Positions 1 to 12,833 of a DNA stretch of 64,000 nt are shown here, piece by piece. Within the stretch, counting starts at the first letter, position 1. The number at the start of each line of letters is the position of its first letter. The notes below the pieces were generated by a model that ran no database searches, was not told the origin of the DNA, and worked only from the letters and a program-made list of their open reading frames with translations. This DNA comes from Malacoraja senta (lineage: Eukaryota): the NCBI GenBank assembly GCA_038087875.1, contig CM075992.1:5148001-5212000 (forward strand), in the 5' to 3' direction. The position numbers and the translations under genes were made by a program.

Positions 1-67
1 TAGTCAAAGAAATCAAAGCTCTGATGAACACAATGGGCCCCAAGGGCAACTCCCTCTGGCCACCTAC

Positions 68-143
68 CTTTGGGAATCTTTCCTTGTAGACATGGTTCAT
101 CATGACTATCTCATTGTCGTAGCAGGAAGGAGACCGCCCGGGA
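68..143 (-). CDS. MAST1: MAST1 internal exon ((S)[25 protein letters not shown]); gene continues beyond window start
   Basis: 76-nt exon with AG acceptor (144-145) and GTAGGT donor (66-67). Phase continues from the 4071-4231 exon, and the peptide matches the MAST N-terminal DUF1908 region. Confidence 0.92.
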
Positions 144-1579
144 CTGCAACAGATCAAAAGCCACAGGTTAGTTCTGGGCAACAAACCCGCTCGGAAGATC
201 TCCGCATCTGATTTCAGATAGTCTCCACGGGATGTGTTGTCTCGAGGTGTTCAGCTATATGAAAGGCTGGTGAGCAATTCAGTAACCAGGGGCTGGGTAC
301 CGTGACTAGAAGATGGAGTTGGGACACGCACACACACACACAAGAAATGACAAGATGAAGAGTTACCAGAAAATGGATCACTTTAACAAATGCTGATTGA
401 CCCAAAAACTAGAATAGCAAAAAGCGGGAAAAAACACACACACACAGTGTTGTACATCTGGAACCAGGGTGCCCTGCCCATATTACGTCATTCCCACATA
501 TACATGTTTCTACGCGGGCAAATAAAGTAGTCCTTGTGGTATAACAAAGTAGTCCTTGCAATATCACAACACACAGTGCTGGAGTAACTCAGCGGGTCAG
601 GCAGCATCCCTGGGGAACATAGATTGGCGGCATTTTGGGTTGGGACCCTTCTTCTGAACACCTATTCGTGTTCTCCAGAGATGCTGCCTGACCTGCTGAG
701 TTAGATAGATCTCTAGGGGTTAGTGGAGTCAAGAGATATGGGGAGAAGGCAGGCACGGGTTATTGATAGGGGACGATCAGCCATGATCACAATGAATGGC
801 GGTGCTGGCTCGAAGGGCCAAATGGCCTCCTCCTGCACCTATTTTCTATGTTTCTATGTTTCTATTACTCCAGCGCTTTTGTGTTTTATTTGATAACCCA
901 GCATCTGCAGTTCATTGTGTCTCTAATATCAATATATGGAATCATTATACAAGTCTCCTTAAGTAAATGTGATCTATTGGTCAGCACAAGAATCTGCAGA
1001 AGCTGGAATCGAGCGGGGAAAAAAAAAATGCTGGAGGAACTCAGCATCGGAGGAGGAAATGGACAGACAACAGCCCAGTCTGAAGAAGGGTCCCGACCCA
1101 AAGCATCATCTATCCATTCCATCCACAGATGCTGCCTGACCTGCTGAGTAACTCCAGCATTTTATGTTTTGCACAATCCATTAGACATTCAGCATCTCAA
1201 CCTCTCCTATCCTAACGTATCATAGCCTATTGAGGAAATTCACGGAACTTATCGAGGGAGGACATTGTTATCATGGAAGCCTGCTCTTGAAGGAGGGTCC
1301 TGACCTGAAATGGCACCTGTCCATTCCCTCCACAGATGCTGCCTGACCCACCGAGTTCCTCCAGCACTCTGTGTTTTGTTCACGACTCCATTACCCTGAA
1401 GGACCTTGGCTTTAACTAGACTTGCATCAACTGTTCCATTTTGGGTGCTGCTCTCATCTTTAAGGTTGAGGGATCTTGTCCCTGCCCAGGGACTTCAACG
1501 TCACATCTCCTCAGCCCTCTAGAGCAGTGCGCAGGGAGAACTGTTCCAACAGAAGTGCCATCTTTTGGGTGAGATGTGA

Positions 1580-2170
1580 AATAGACAATGGGTGCAGGAG
1601 TAGGCCATTCGGCCCTTAGAGCCAGCACCGCCATTCAATGTGATCATGGCTGATCATCCCCAATCAGTACCCCGTTCCTGCATTCTCCCCATATCCCCTG
1701 ACTCCGCTATCTTTAAGAGCCCTATCTAGCTCTCTCTTGAAAGCATCCAGAGAACCTGCCTCCAACGCCCTCTGAGGCAGAGAATTCCACAGACTCACAA
1801 CTCTCTGTGAGAAAAAGAGTTTCCTCGTCTCCGTTCTAAATGGCTTACCCTTTATTCTTAAACTGTGGCCCCTGGTTCTGGACTCCCCCAACATCGGGAA
1901 CATTTCCTGCCTCTAGCGTGTCCAAACCCTTAACAATCTTATATGTTTCAATAAGATCCCCTCTCATCCTTGTAAACTCCAGAATGTACAAGCCCAGCCG
2001 CTCCATTCTCTCAGCATATGACAGTCCCGCCATCCCGGGAATTAACCTTGTAAACCTACACTGCACTCCCTCAATAGCAAGAATGTCCTTCCTCAAATTT
2101 GGGGACCAAGACTGTACACATTACTCCAGATGTGGTCTCACTAGGGCTTTGTACAACTGCAGAAGGAGGC
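1580..2170 (-). mobile_element. CR1-clade (HER1-like) LINE 3' fragment
   Basis: Encodes [20 protein letters not shown]...RGDLIETYKI...RTRGHSLRI...[10 protein letters not shown] (CR1 ORF2 C-terminus) plus the shared 3' UTR. Confidence 0.85.
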
Positions 2171-2627
2171 CTCTATCTGTTCTCCCTGGTGCAATTAAGA
2201 AAGCCCAAGGCCCTACCTTAAGTAGGAGCTGGGGGGGGAGGACTAACTTATAATTTTCCTGCCAAACAGATCACCCAATTATAATGACAGACCCGGATAT
2301 TGTTTCCATTAACTTTGATCAACATGAATACATCATTGTGACAGATAGACACTAAATGCTGGATTAACTCAGCGGGACGGGCAGCATCTCTGGAGAGAAC
2401 CCCTGAGTTACTCCAGCTTTTTGTGTCTATCTTCCAGCACCTGCAGTTCCTTCCTACACTATATACTGTGAGTTTAATCAAAGCAAATAGAAAAAATAAT
2501 TGGTCTATCTGGGAACCGCCTTGCCCTGGCTCAATTGTTCCCCTCCTGAAATTAGTGAGAGCATTTGAGTCAACTGTGCCCCTTTGATAAATCCATGTAA
2601 TGGTGATAGCACAGAATTTGGCCGTTC

Positions 2628-3955
2628 ATAGAAACATAGAAAAATAGGTGCAGGAGTAGGCCCTTTGAGCCAGCACTGCCATTCAATATGATCATGGCTG
2701 ATCATCCAAAATCAGTACCCCATTCCTGCTTTTTCCCCATATCCCTTGATTTCTTTAGCCCTAAGAGCTAAATCTAACTCTCTCTTGAAAACATCCAGTG
2801 AATTGGCCTCCACTGCCTTCTGTGGCAGAGAATTCCACAGATTCACAACTCTACTCTCTGGGTGAAGAGGTTTTTCATCATCTCAGTCCTAAATTTCCTA
2901 CCCCTTATTCTTGAACTGTGACCCCTGGTTCTGGACTCCCCCAACATCGGGAACATTTTCCTCCGCTATCTTTAAGAGCCCTATCTAGTTCTTTCTTGAA
3001 AGTATCCAGAGAACCAGCCTCCACCGCCCTCTGAGGCAAGGGAATTCCACAGACTCACAACTCTCAGTGAGAAAAAGTGTTTCCTCGTCTCCGTTCTAAA
3101 TGGCGTACCCATTATTCTTAAACTGTGGCCCCTGGTTCTGGACTCCCCCAACATCGGGAACATTTTTCCTGCATTCTAGCCTGTCCAATCCTTTAAGAAT
3201 TTTATATGTTTCTATGAGATGCCCTCTCATCCTTTTAAATTCCAGTGAATACAAGCCCAATCGATCCATTCTTTCATCATGTCAGTCCCGCCATCCCGGG
3301 GATTAACCTGGTGAACCTACGCTGCACTCCCACAATAGCAAGAATGTCCTTCCTCAAATTAGGAGAGCAAAATTGCACACAATACTCCAGGTGTGGTCTC
3401 ACCAGGGCCCAACATGTCCCTGGCAGCTCTCTACCAGAGCCAATCTTGCTTCTTGCTATTGAGGGGGTGCAGCGTAGGTTTACAAGGTTAATTCCCGGGA
3501 TGACGGGACTGTCATATGCTGAGAGAATGGAGCAGCTGGGCTTGTACACTCCAGAGTTTAGAAGGATGAGAGGGTATCTCATTGAAACATATAAGATTGT
3601 TGAGGGCTTGGACACGCTAGAGGCAGGAAACATGTTCCCGATGTTGGGGGAGTCCAGAACCAGGGGCCACAGTTTAAGAATAAGGAGTAAGCCATTTAGA
3701 ACGGAGACGAGGAAACACTTTTTCTCCCAGAGAGTGGTGAGTCTGTGGAATTCTCTGCCTCAGAGGGCGGTGGAGGCAGGTTCTCTGGATGCTTTCAAGA
3801 GAGAGCTAGATAGGGCTCTTAAAGATAGCGGAGTCAGGTGATATGGGGAGAAGGCAGGAACGGAGTACTGATTGGGGATGATCAGCCATGATCACATTGA
3901 ATGGCGGTGCTGGCTCGAAGGGCCAAATGGCCTACTCTTGCACCTATTGTCTATG
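2628..3955. mobile_element. Cluster of CR1/HER1 3' fragments: minus copies at about 2628-3410 abut a plus copy at about 3445-3955
   Basis: ORFs 2981..3163, 3245..3841 and 3277..3633 give the same CR1 peptide on both strands. Confidence 0.8.
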
Positions 3956-4070
3956 GTCTAACATTGTCACAGCATCATCAAAATGGTGTCAGCTCCTCCG
4001 CTCTGGGGCAGTCAGGGTGGGGGAACGCCGTGGGCAGTCAGGGTGGGGGAGCGCCGTGGCGGTTACTGAC

Positions 4071-4231
4071 CTGAGGCTCCGCGAGCGCGGGCGGATGGCC
4101 GGGGAGCGCCGACCTCCATCATCGTCCGTGATGCTCTCCGTGCTGCCAAAGTGCTTGGACAGGAAGTGTAGCTCGTCCACGGTGGGCTGGAAGGGCAACT
4201 GGTGGAGCTTCTCCTGCGACGAGCAGGAAGA
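4071..4231 (-). CDS. MAST1: MAST1 internal exon ([53 protein letters not shown])
   Basis: 161-nt exon with ctgcAG acceptor and GTCAGT donor. [20 protein letters not shown] is MAST1-like rather than MAST2/3/4 as recalled; lies within ORF 3989..4306. Confidence 0.93.
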
Positions 4232-5583
4232 CTGCAGAGTGAAACAAGGCCCAAGTGAGGGGGGGGAGGATAAACCAGGCCCCAAAGCCCAAAGCTTGGC
4301 CCCCATGCATCTGCCCTCCCTTCATCTCCTCTCGTGGTGGCTGCCCAGACCATCATTGACTGCCCTCCATTGTTGGACCCTGTGGATTCATGTTTCCCTG
4401 CTTGCCCTCCACCTCACTCCCTCCAACCAGACCAATGTGAGAGCATAGAGGGAGGCCATTCATTCCTTCAAAGCTCTTAGAGTCATACAGCACGGAAAAG
4501 CAGGCCCTTCAGCCCGATTCACCAATGCTGACCAAGATGTCCCAACTAAGCTGGCATTTGAACGTGTGTGGCCCACATTCTTCCAAATCCTGTCCATATA
4601 CCTATCCAAACACCTTTTAAACATTATTGAAATGTAAACTACTTTCACCGAGCAACTCGTTGCACATATCCACCACCCTCTGTGTGGATAGAGTTGCCCC
4701 TCCCGTTCCTATTACATCTTGTCCTTCTCCCCTTAAATCTATGCCCCTTAGTTTATGATCACCCTCGCCTAGATTTAAAACTCTGTACATTCACACATCT
4801 GTGTATATCATGTTATACACTGCAGATCACCACCCCTCAGCACGGTGGCCCAGCGGGTAGAGTTGCTGCCTTACAGCGCTTGCAGCACCGGAGACCCGGG
4901 TTCGATCCCGACTACGGGTGCCGCCTGTACGGAGTTTGTACGTTCTCCCCGTGAACCTGCGTGGGATTTCACCGAGATCTTCAGGTTTCCTCCCACACTC
5001 CAAAGACGCGCAGTTTTGTAGGTAAATTGGCTTGGTTGTAGTGCAAATTGTCCCTAGTGTGTGTGTGGGATAGTGTTCATGTGCTGGTCGGCACAGTAGA
5101 GCTGTTGCCTTACAGCGCCAAGGACCCGAGTTTGGTCCTGACTCCGGGTGCTGCCTGTCCTGAGCTTGTACATTCTCCCTGCGACCATGTGGGTTTCCAC
5201 CTGGTGCTCCGGTTTCCTCCCACATTCCAAAGACGCGCAGGTGTGCAAGTTAATTGGCTTTTGTAAATTGCCCCTCGAGTGTAAGATGCAAAAGTGGGAT
5301 AACACGGAACCCGTATGAATGGGTGATCATGATGGGCCAAAGGGCCTGCTTCCACGCTCTATCTCCATCTATCTCCTAAACATATAGAGCCACAGAGTGA
5401 TACAGTGTGGAAACAGGCCCTTCGGCTCAACTTGCCCACATTGGCCAACATGTCCCAGCTATACTAGTCCCACCTGCCTTGTCCCTCCAAACCTGTCCTA
5501 TCCATGTAACACATCTGCAGATCCTTGGTCTATATGTTACTGCCTCAGAAATGGCCTCCTGTACTCTCTCTCGAATGTAGTCA

Positions 5584-5880
<297 letters not shown>

Positions 5881-5932
5881 TCAGACAACATCGTACACAT
5901 CACCCCCTCCCCAGACAAGCACCGTCCCATTG

Positions 5933-6305
5933 GGCAGCACGGTGGGGCAGCGGTAGAGTTGCTGCCTCACAGCGCTTGCAGCGCCGGAGACCCAGGTTCG
6001 ATCCTGACTACGGGTGCTGGCTGTGCGGAGTTTGTACGTTCTCCCCGTGACCGCGTGGGTTTTCTCCGAGATCTCCGGTTTCCTCCCACACTCCAAAGAC
6101 TTACAGGTTTGTAGGTTAATTGGCTTGGTAAATGTAAAAAAAATATTGCAGATGCCGAACGTTTTATCCTTGTACAATTGCTTAAAATCATAATTTTTTT
6201 TTTAAATTGTCCCTAGATAGTGTTAATATGGGGGGGGGGTCGCTGGTAGGTGTGGACCCGGTGGGCTGAAGGGCCTGTTTCCGCGCTGTATCTCTAAAAC
6301 TAAAA
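5933..6305 (+). mobile_element. tRNA-derived V-SINE (HE1-like), representative copy
   Basis: A-box/B-box tRNA head (GGTTCGATCC), V-domain core (gtttgtacgttctccccgtg...ggtttcctcccacactccaaagac), 3' tail shared with HER1-type LINE ends, (TAAAC)n terminus. More than 20 copies in the window. Confidence 0.85.
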
Positions 6306-6573
6306 CATCCCTTTCCGTCTGAAAGCAACAGAGCTCTGTAACCCACGGAGCGGCTAAACCATATTGACGGTCACTCTATCACCTCTCACTAATGAGGCCA
6401 AATTGTCAGGCGTCAACAAATCAAGGAGCAGAGGATCAGTTCCCATGCAAAATGCTGTCAACTTTCATCTTGAGTCCTTGTTCATTCAGGAGAAGCTACC
6501 TAACGTTTTCTTCTTCAACCAGAACTAATGTTGGGGAAAGTGGGCAACGTTTTTGATCTTCTTTGGAGCCTTA

Positions 6574-6894
6574 AAGGCCTGTCCCACTGTACGAGCTAAT
6601 TCAAGAGCTCTCTTGAGTTTAAAAAAAAAATCAAACTCGTGGTATGCATGTAGAATGTACAGAGCGGGTACGTCGGAGCTCGGGGACGTCTCTTAGCGGC
6701 TCGTAACGCTAACGGAAGGTACTCGGGAAACGCGGTAAGCTCGGGAAGACTCGTGAAGATTTTTCAACATGTTGAAAAATGTCCACGAGAGCCCCGAGTA
6801 CCTACGAACGGCTATTACCGTAATTCTCCGAGTTCGAATCAGGGGAAACTCGGGAGAACTCTTGAATTAGCTCGTACAGTGGGAAACAGCCCCA
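6574..6894. mobile_element. PIF/Harbinger-type MITE
   Basis: TIR AAGGCCTGTCCCACTGTACGAGCTAATTCAAGAG with an inverted copy at the right end; TTA/TAA flanks; same subfamily as 62478-62799. Confidence 0.78.
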
Positions 6895-6896
6895 TA

Positions 6897-7430
6897 AGTT
6901 TAGTTTAGTTTGGTTTATTGTCACGTGTACCGAGGTACAGTGAAAAGCTTTTGTTGCGTGCTATCCAGTCAGTAGAAAGACAATACATGATTATAATTGA
7001 TCCATTCACTGTGTATAAATGCATGATAAGGGAATAACGTTTAGTGCAAGGTAAAGCCAGTAATATCTAATCAAAGGTAGTCGGAGGGTCACCAATGAGG
7101 TAGATAGTAGTTCAGTTCAGTTTCATTTATTGTTACGTGTACCGAGGTACAGTGAAAAGCTTTTGTTGCGTGCTATCTAGTCAGTAGAAAGCCAATACAT
7201 GATTACAATCGAGCCATTCACAGTGTATAGATACATGATAATAGAATCACGTTTAGTGCAAGATAAAGCCAGCAAAGTCCGATCAAGGATAGTCCGAGGG
7301 TCATCAAAGAGGTAGCTGGTAGTTCAACACTGCTCTCTAGTTGTGGTAGGATGATTCAGTTGCCTGATAACAGCTGGGAAGAAACTGTCCCCGAATCCGG
7401 AGGTGTGCTATTTCACACCTCTATGCCTTT
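6897..7430 (-). mobile_element. Rex1/Babar-like retroelement 3' end with internal tandem duplication of about 210 bp
   Basis: Minus strand encodes SGFGDSFFPAVIRQLN; (TAAAC)n tail; 6897-7110 is repeated at about 7110-7330. Confidence 0.65.
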
Positions 7431-8218
7431 TCCCTTGGAGAAAGTAGTGGCAGAAAAAAGCCAGCAATGATACTGGGAAATTCCAGATTTTCAAAGTTAT
7501 CTTGAGATGAGACAAAGCAAATTCATCACATCTTAAAAATAATGAATAGGTTTGTGGGAAAACGTAGCCTGTGGACTAACAGCATGGACGTGGGATTAAT
7601 CTAGAATCCATTTTGATGCTCCATGGGCAAGATGGGATAAACCCATTCCTTCTGTGATACAAATTTCAATGAATCTATGTAATAGATTATAAATACTTGT
7701 AATATTTTTTCCTATGTAATGAGCTCCAAACGGAACATTTTTGACATGTTAATGCACTAAATTATGATAATTTATTCTAATTTCTTAAGTAACAGAGTCA
7801 CAATTGTTAAGGGAAGAGAAAATGAAATCAATGTTATTGATTCACATCCCATGTCAGAAAGGGTTTGGTTTGGTATTTGAAAGACAATAAGCACACAGCC
7901 AGGTCCATGGGTAAGGATTCCTCTGCTCACTGTCTGTGGATCATCACCTGTCTGTCAGTGAGATGTTATGGGAGAAGGCAGGGAAATGGGGTTGAGAAGG
8001 AAATATGGATCAGACAGGAAAGAAAGTTAGACACAAAATGCTGGAGTAACTCAACGGGTGAGGCAGCATCTCTGGAGAGAAGAATGGGCGACTTTTCAGG
8101 CTGAGACCCTTCTTCAGACTGATGTCAGGGGAGGGGGTGGGACAAAGATAGAATGTAGACGGGGACAGTAAGACTAGTGGGAGAACTGGGAAGGGGATGG
8201 AGAGAGAGAGAGAGCAAG

Positions 8219-9425
8219 AGCTATCTGAACTTTCAGAAGGCTTTCGACAAGGTCCCACATAAGAGATTAATATACAAACTTAAAGCACATGGTATTGGGG
8301 GTTCAGTATTGATGTGGATAGAGAACTGGCTGGCAAACAGGAAGCAAAGTGTAGGAGTAAATGGGTCATTTTCACAATGGCAGGCAGTGACTAGTGGGGT
8401 ACCGCAAGGCTCGGTGCTGGGACCCCAGCTATTTACAATTTATATTAATGATCTGGATGAGGGAATTGAAAGCAACATCTCCAAGTTTGCGGATGACACT
8501 AAGCTGGGGGGCAGTGTTAGCTGTGAGGAGGATGCTAGGAGACTGCAAGGTGACTTGGATAGGCTGGGTGAGTGGGCAAATGTTTGGCAGATGCAGTATA
8601 ATGTGGATAAATGTGAGGTTATCCACTTTGGTGGCAAAAACAGGAAAGCAGACTATTATCTAAATGGTGGCCGATTAGGAAAAGGGGAGATGCAGCGAGA
8701 CCTGGGTGTCATGGTACACCAGTCATTGAAAGTAGGCATGCAGGTGCAGCAGGCAATGAAGAAAGCGAATGGTATGTTAGCTTTCATAGCAAAAGGATTT
8801 GAGTATAGGAGCAGGGGGGTTCTACTGCAGTTGTACAGGGTCTTGGTGAGACCACACCTGGAGTATTGCGTAGAGTTTTGGTCTCCAAATCTGAGGAAGG
8901 ACATTATAGCCATAGAGGGAGTGCAGAGAAGGTTCACCAGAATGATTCCTGGGATGTCAGGACTTTCATATGAAGAAAGACTGGATAGACTCGGCTTATA
9001 CTCGCTAGAATTTAGAAGATTGAGAGGGGATCTTATAGAAACTTACAAAATTCTTATGGGGTTGGACAGGCTAGATGCAGGAAGATTGTTCCCGATGTTG
9101 GGGAAGTCCAGGACAAGGGGTCACAGTTTAAGGATAAGGGGGAAATCCTTTAAGGCCGAGATGAGAAAAAACATTTTTCACACAGAGAGTGGTGAATCTG
9201 TGGAATTCTCTGCCACAGAGGGTAGTTGAGGCCAGTTCATTGGTTATATTTAAGAGGGAGTTAGATGTGGCCCTTGTGGCTAAAGGGATCAGGGGGTATG
9301 GAGAGAAGGCAGGTACGGGATACTGAGTTGGATGATCAGCCATGATCATATTGAATGGCGGTGCAGGCTCGAAGGGCCGAATGGCCTACTCCTGCACCTA
9401 TTTTCTATGTATCTATGTATCTATG
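8219..9425 (+). mobile_element. 5'-truncated CR1/HER1 LINE with near-intact reverse-transcriptase C-terminal half
   Basis: ORF 8177..9229 contains FQKAFDKVPH, GVPQGSVLGP, FADDTK and RPHLEYC; the 3' UTR ends in a (TCTATGTA)-type microsatellite tail. Confidence 0.95.
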
Positions 9426-9712
9426 TAAGTTAGAGAAGCCAATGTCCATACCGCTGGGGTGTAAACTACCCAAGTGAAATATGAGGTGCTGTTCCTCCAA
9501 TTTATGCTGGGACTCACTCTGACAATGGAGGAGGCCCAGGACAGAAAGGTCAGATTGGGAATGGGAAGGGGAGTTGAAGTGCTGAGCCACCGGGAGATCA
9601 GGTAGGTTAAGATGGATTGAGCGGTGGTGTTCAGTGAAACGATCGCCGAGCCTTAGCTTGGTCTCGCCGATGTAGAGAAGTTGGCACCTGGAACAGCGGA
9701 TACAGTAGATAT
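9426..9712 (-). mobile_element. Penelope-like element fragment, GIY-YIG endonuclease C-terminus
   Basis: IYCIRCSRCQLLYIGETKLRLGDRFTEH...VAQHFN...LEEQHLIFHLGSLHPSGM in ORF 9405..9773. Confidence 0.88.
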
Positions 9713-10816
9713 ATAGGGATGATCCTGGAAGGTTGATGGATGTATAGGACAGGTTAGGAGGGATATGGACCAAGCACAGGCACAGGGACTAGTGTAGCTG
9801 GGACATGTTGGCCGGTGTGGGCAAATTGGGCCAAAGGGTCGGTTTCCACACTGTATCACTCTGTGACTCTATAAATGGTGGGAGTTGACTTTATGGGCTG
9901 AATGGCCTAATTCTGCCTGGACCACAAATTAACTTATGAACTTGTAACAGAGAATGTGTTGCAACTTCACTTGGAATGACGAGGCTCTTCAAAGGTCATT
10001 GAAGAGCCATTGGTCACAGTGGGGATGGAGGAATCCTTGACCCATGTGCAGATATCGCTCAACACTAGGGGAAAAAACCAACACAGCAACACAAGCCAGT
10101 CACTGTTAGAACATTCCATGGTTCACAATGGATTTATGATTCCGACTCCTACTCCCCACCCCTTCATGTGGCATGGTGGCGCAGCGGTAGAGTTGCTGTC
10201 TTACAGCGCCAGAGACCCGGGTTCCATCCTCACTGTACAGAGTTTGTACGTTCTCCTCGTGACCATGTGGGTTTCCTCTGGGTGCTCTGGTTTCCTCCCA
10301 CACTCTAAAGGTTTGTAGGTTAATTGACTTGGGTAAAAATTGTAAACTGTCCCTAGTGTGTAGGATCATGCTAGTGTAGGGGAACGAAGGTCGGCGTGGA
10401 CTCACCAACTGATCAGCTCGATGACGTTTGGGGGGGGGGGTTGTATGAATATTACCTGCTCTATTCCACCAATTACTCTCCTTCAGAAACCCCAAGTGAC
10501 AATCCTGAAATCACGGTGCAAAGTTAATGCCCCTCCTTACTTAGGCCGGGCTGAGGATGCTCGGCTGTGACTTGCACTGGTTTCGTTGCAGTTTGGTTAG
10601 TCTCGAAAGCACATTGAAAACTAACATGCGGCACCCAAGCACGCACGCACACACACACACACACACGCGCGCGCAAGAGAAAAGCAATTAAAAGAGGTGC
10701 CTAGTCACACAACCCCACCGACTAATCACATGTTCCAAAATGGTAACCACCTTGAACCAAATCACACAGCTGAGCATAGCATCAGACCCAATACACCTGA
10801 CAGAGAGCAGAGTTAC

Positions 10817-10837
10817 CTGTCACTGCGATGACCATGG
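10817..10837 (-). CDS. MAST1: Candidate alternatively spliced 21-nt MAST1 micro-exon (SHGHRSDR)
   Basis: Minus strand reads ctcttcctttccttgcAG|CCATGGTCATCGCAGTGACAG|GTAACT. Phase 2/2 and frame-preserving between the 14457 and 5857 exons; resembles the optional SHSHRADR insert recalled from MAST2 isoforms. Confidence 0.75.
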
Positions 10838-11531
10838 CTGCAAGGAAAGGAAGAGGTTACACCCACTACCGGTTAAGAAATGTCAATGACTCCTGGCTAG
10901 AATTCCACTCCACTGTTGACTCCTGGTTAAGGTCATAAGATCATGTGATGGAAGCAGAATTAGGCCATTCGGCCCATCAAGTCTACTCTGCCATTCTATC
11001 ATGGCTGATCTATCTCTCCCTCTCAATCCCATTCTCCTGCCTTCTCCCCATAACCCCTGACACCCGTACTAATCAGTCTGAAGAAGGGTTTCGGCCTGAA
11101 ACGTTGCCTATTTCCTTCTCTCTATAGATGCTGCTGCACCCGCTGAGTTTCTCCAGCACTTTTGTCTACCTAAGAATCTATCTATCACTGCCTTATAAAT
11201 ATCCACTGACTTAGGCTGGTTTTACTCGGGGTTATAATGGAATGTCAGAACACAAATTATAACAAAGCTCCATTATATTATAGACTTAACATATGGACTT
11301 AACATGCTCTTTGGCACATCCATAGGTTGACTGGGAAATGTAGAAGTGAAACCCTCATTCTTTTTTTTCTTGACAATAGACGGCACAGCAGCGCAGCGGT
11401 AGAGTTGCTGCCTTACAGCCCCAAAGACCCGGGTTCGATCCTGACTATGGGTGATTGTCTGTACTGAGTTTGTACTGGGTTTTCTCAGAGATCTTCGGTT
11501 TTCCACCCACCCTCTAAAGACGTACAGGTTT

Positions 11532-11985
11532 AATAATAATAATAATAGATTTTATTTATATAGCGCTTTTCAGGACTCAAAGTCGCTTTATATTGAGAGT
11601 CAAGAATAAACAAAACAAAATAGAGCAGTAAGACAGAGATGCAAAGGGGAGGGGAACATGGGACTAAGGGTATGCAGAGGTGAAGAGATGGTTCTTGAGG
11701 CGGGACTGGAAGATGGTGAGGGACTCAGAATTTCGGACCAGTTGTGGGAGGGAATTCCAGAGCCTGGGAGCTGCCCTGGAGAAGGCTCTGCCTCCAAAAG
11801 TGCAGAGGTTTGATTTTGGAGTGGAGTGGAGAGGAGACCAGCTGATGTGGATCTGAGGGACCGTGAGGGTTGGTAGGGGGAGAGGAGGTCAGTGAGATAA
11901 GGGGGGGCCAGGTTGTTGAGGGCTTTGTAGGTGAGGACCAGGATTTTGTAGGTGATCCGGTGGGAAATGGGAAGCCAGTGAAGTT
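11532..11985 (-). mobile_element. L2-clade LINE 3' fragment inserted into a SINE
   Basis: Minus translation LHWLPISHRITYKILVLTYKALNNLAPPYL; (ATT)n tail; CAGGTTT duplicated at 11525-11531 and 11986-11992. Confidence 0.82.
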
Positions 11986-12407
11986 CAGGTTTGTAGGTTA
12001 ATTGACTTGGTCGAAATGTAAATTGTCCCCAGTGTGTGTAGGATAGTGTTAGTGTGCGGGGATCGCTGGTCGGCGCGGACTCGGTGGGCCGAGGGGCCCG
12101 TTTCCGCGCTGTATCTCGAAACTAAACTAATCTTTGAAGTGGTAAAGACCAAATTTATCCGAATGATTAAACTCTGGTCTCACAGCTACTGAACTCAACA
12201 ACACAACACCTTCCCATTCACACACGTAGGTAGACATTTCAATCGCTCATTCACACCTCTTCTCCCACAACAAGCACAGTACAACCTGTTCACTAGTCCT
12301 CACACATGCACCTCGCCACTCAGAAGGATAAATCTGCCAACTGTTGTGAGTTTTTAAAGTTTAAGCAACTGTGCAAAAATAACATCCTTTGCCTGGCAAA
12401 TATATTT

Positions 12408-12833
12408 CCAGGCGTAGCTATGGGCACACGCATGGGTCCCAGCTACGCCTGCCTCCTTGTCGGGTACGTCGAACAATCCTTGTTCGCTACGTACCAGGGC
12501 CCCATCCCCGACCTCTACCTCCACTACATCGATGACTGCTTTGGTGCCACCTCCTGCACCCACACAAAACTGACTGACTTCATCCGCTTCACCACCAGCT
12601 TCCATCCGGCACTCAAATACACCTGGACCATTTCCGACACTTCCCCACCATTCCTTGACCTCACTATCTCCATCGCAGGTGATAGACTTCTGACTGACAT
12701 CAGTCTGATGAAGGGTTTCGGCCCGAAACGTTGCCTATTTCCTTCGCTCCATAGATGCTGCTGCACCCGCTGAGTTTCTCCAGCATTTTTGTGTACCTTT
12801 GATTTTCCAGCATCTGCAGTTCCTTCTTGAACA
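12408..12833 (+). mobile_element. Penelope-like element: RT fragment joined to the terminal repeat carrying a hammerhead core
   Basis: GVAMGTRMGPSYA...YIDD...PFLDL are Penelope-type RT motifs, immediately followed by CTGATGAAGGGTTTCGGCCCGAAACGTT and the abundant short repeat. Confidence 0.85.
12705..12732 (+). ncRNA. Minimal type I hammerhead ribozyme motif (Penelope-associated)
   Basis: CUGAUGA, A, stem II GGGU(UUCG)GCCC, then GAAACGUU. Confidence 0.65.

Noticed and set aside
144..306. Possible upstream alternative acceptor (ttctAG at about 306) extending the MAST1 68-143 exon
   Set aside because: An in-frame TGA occurs after about 17 codons.
4006..4060. 26-bp G-rich tandem duplication just downstream of a MAST1 donor
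   Set aside because: Only two copies; likely simple slippage, with no evidence of function.
8177..9229. 350-aa ORF as a host gene or active retrotransposon
   Set aside because: It is a 5'-truncated CR1 ORF2 lacking the endonuclease and frameshifted near its end.
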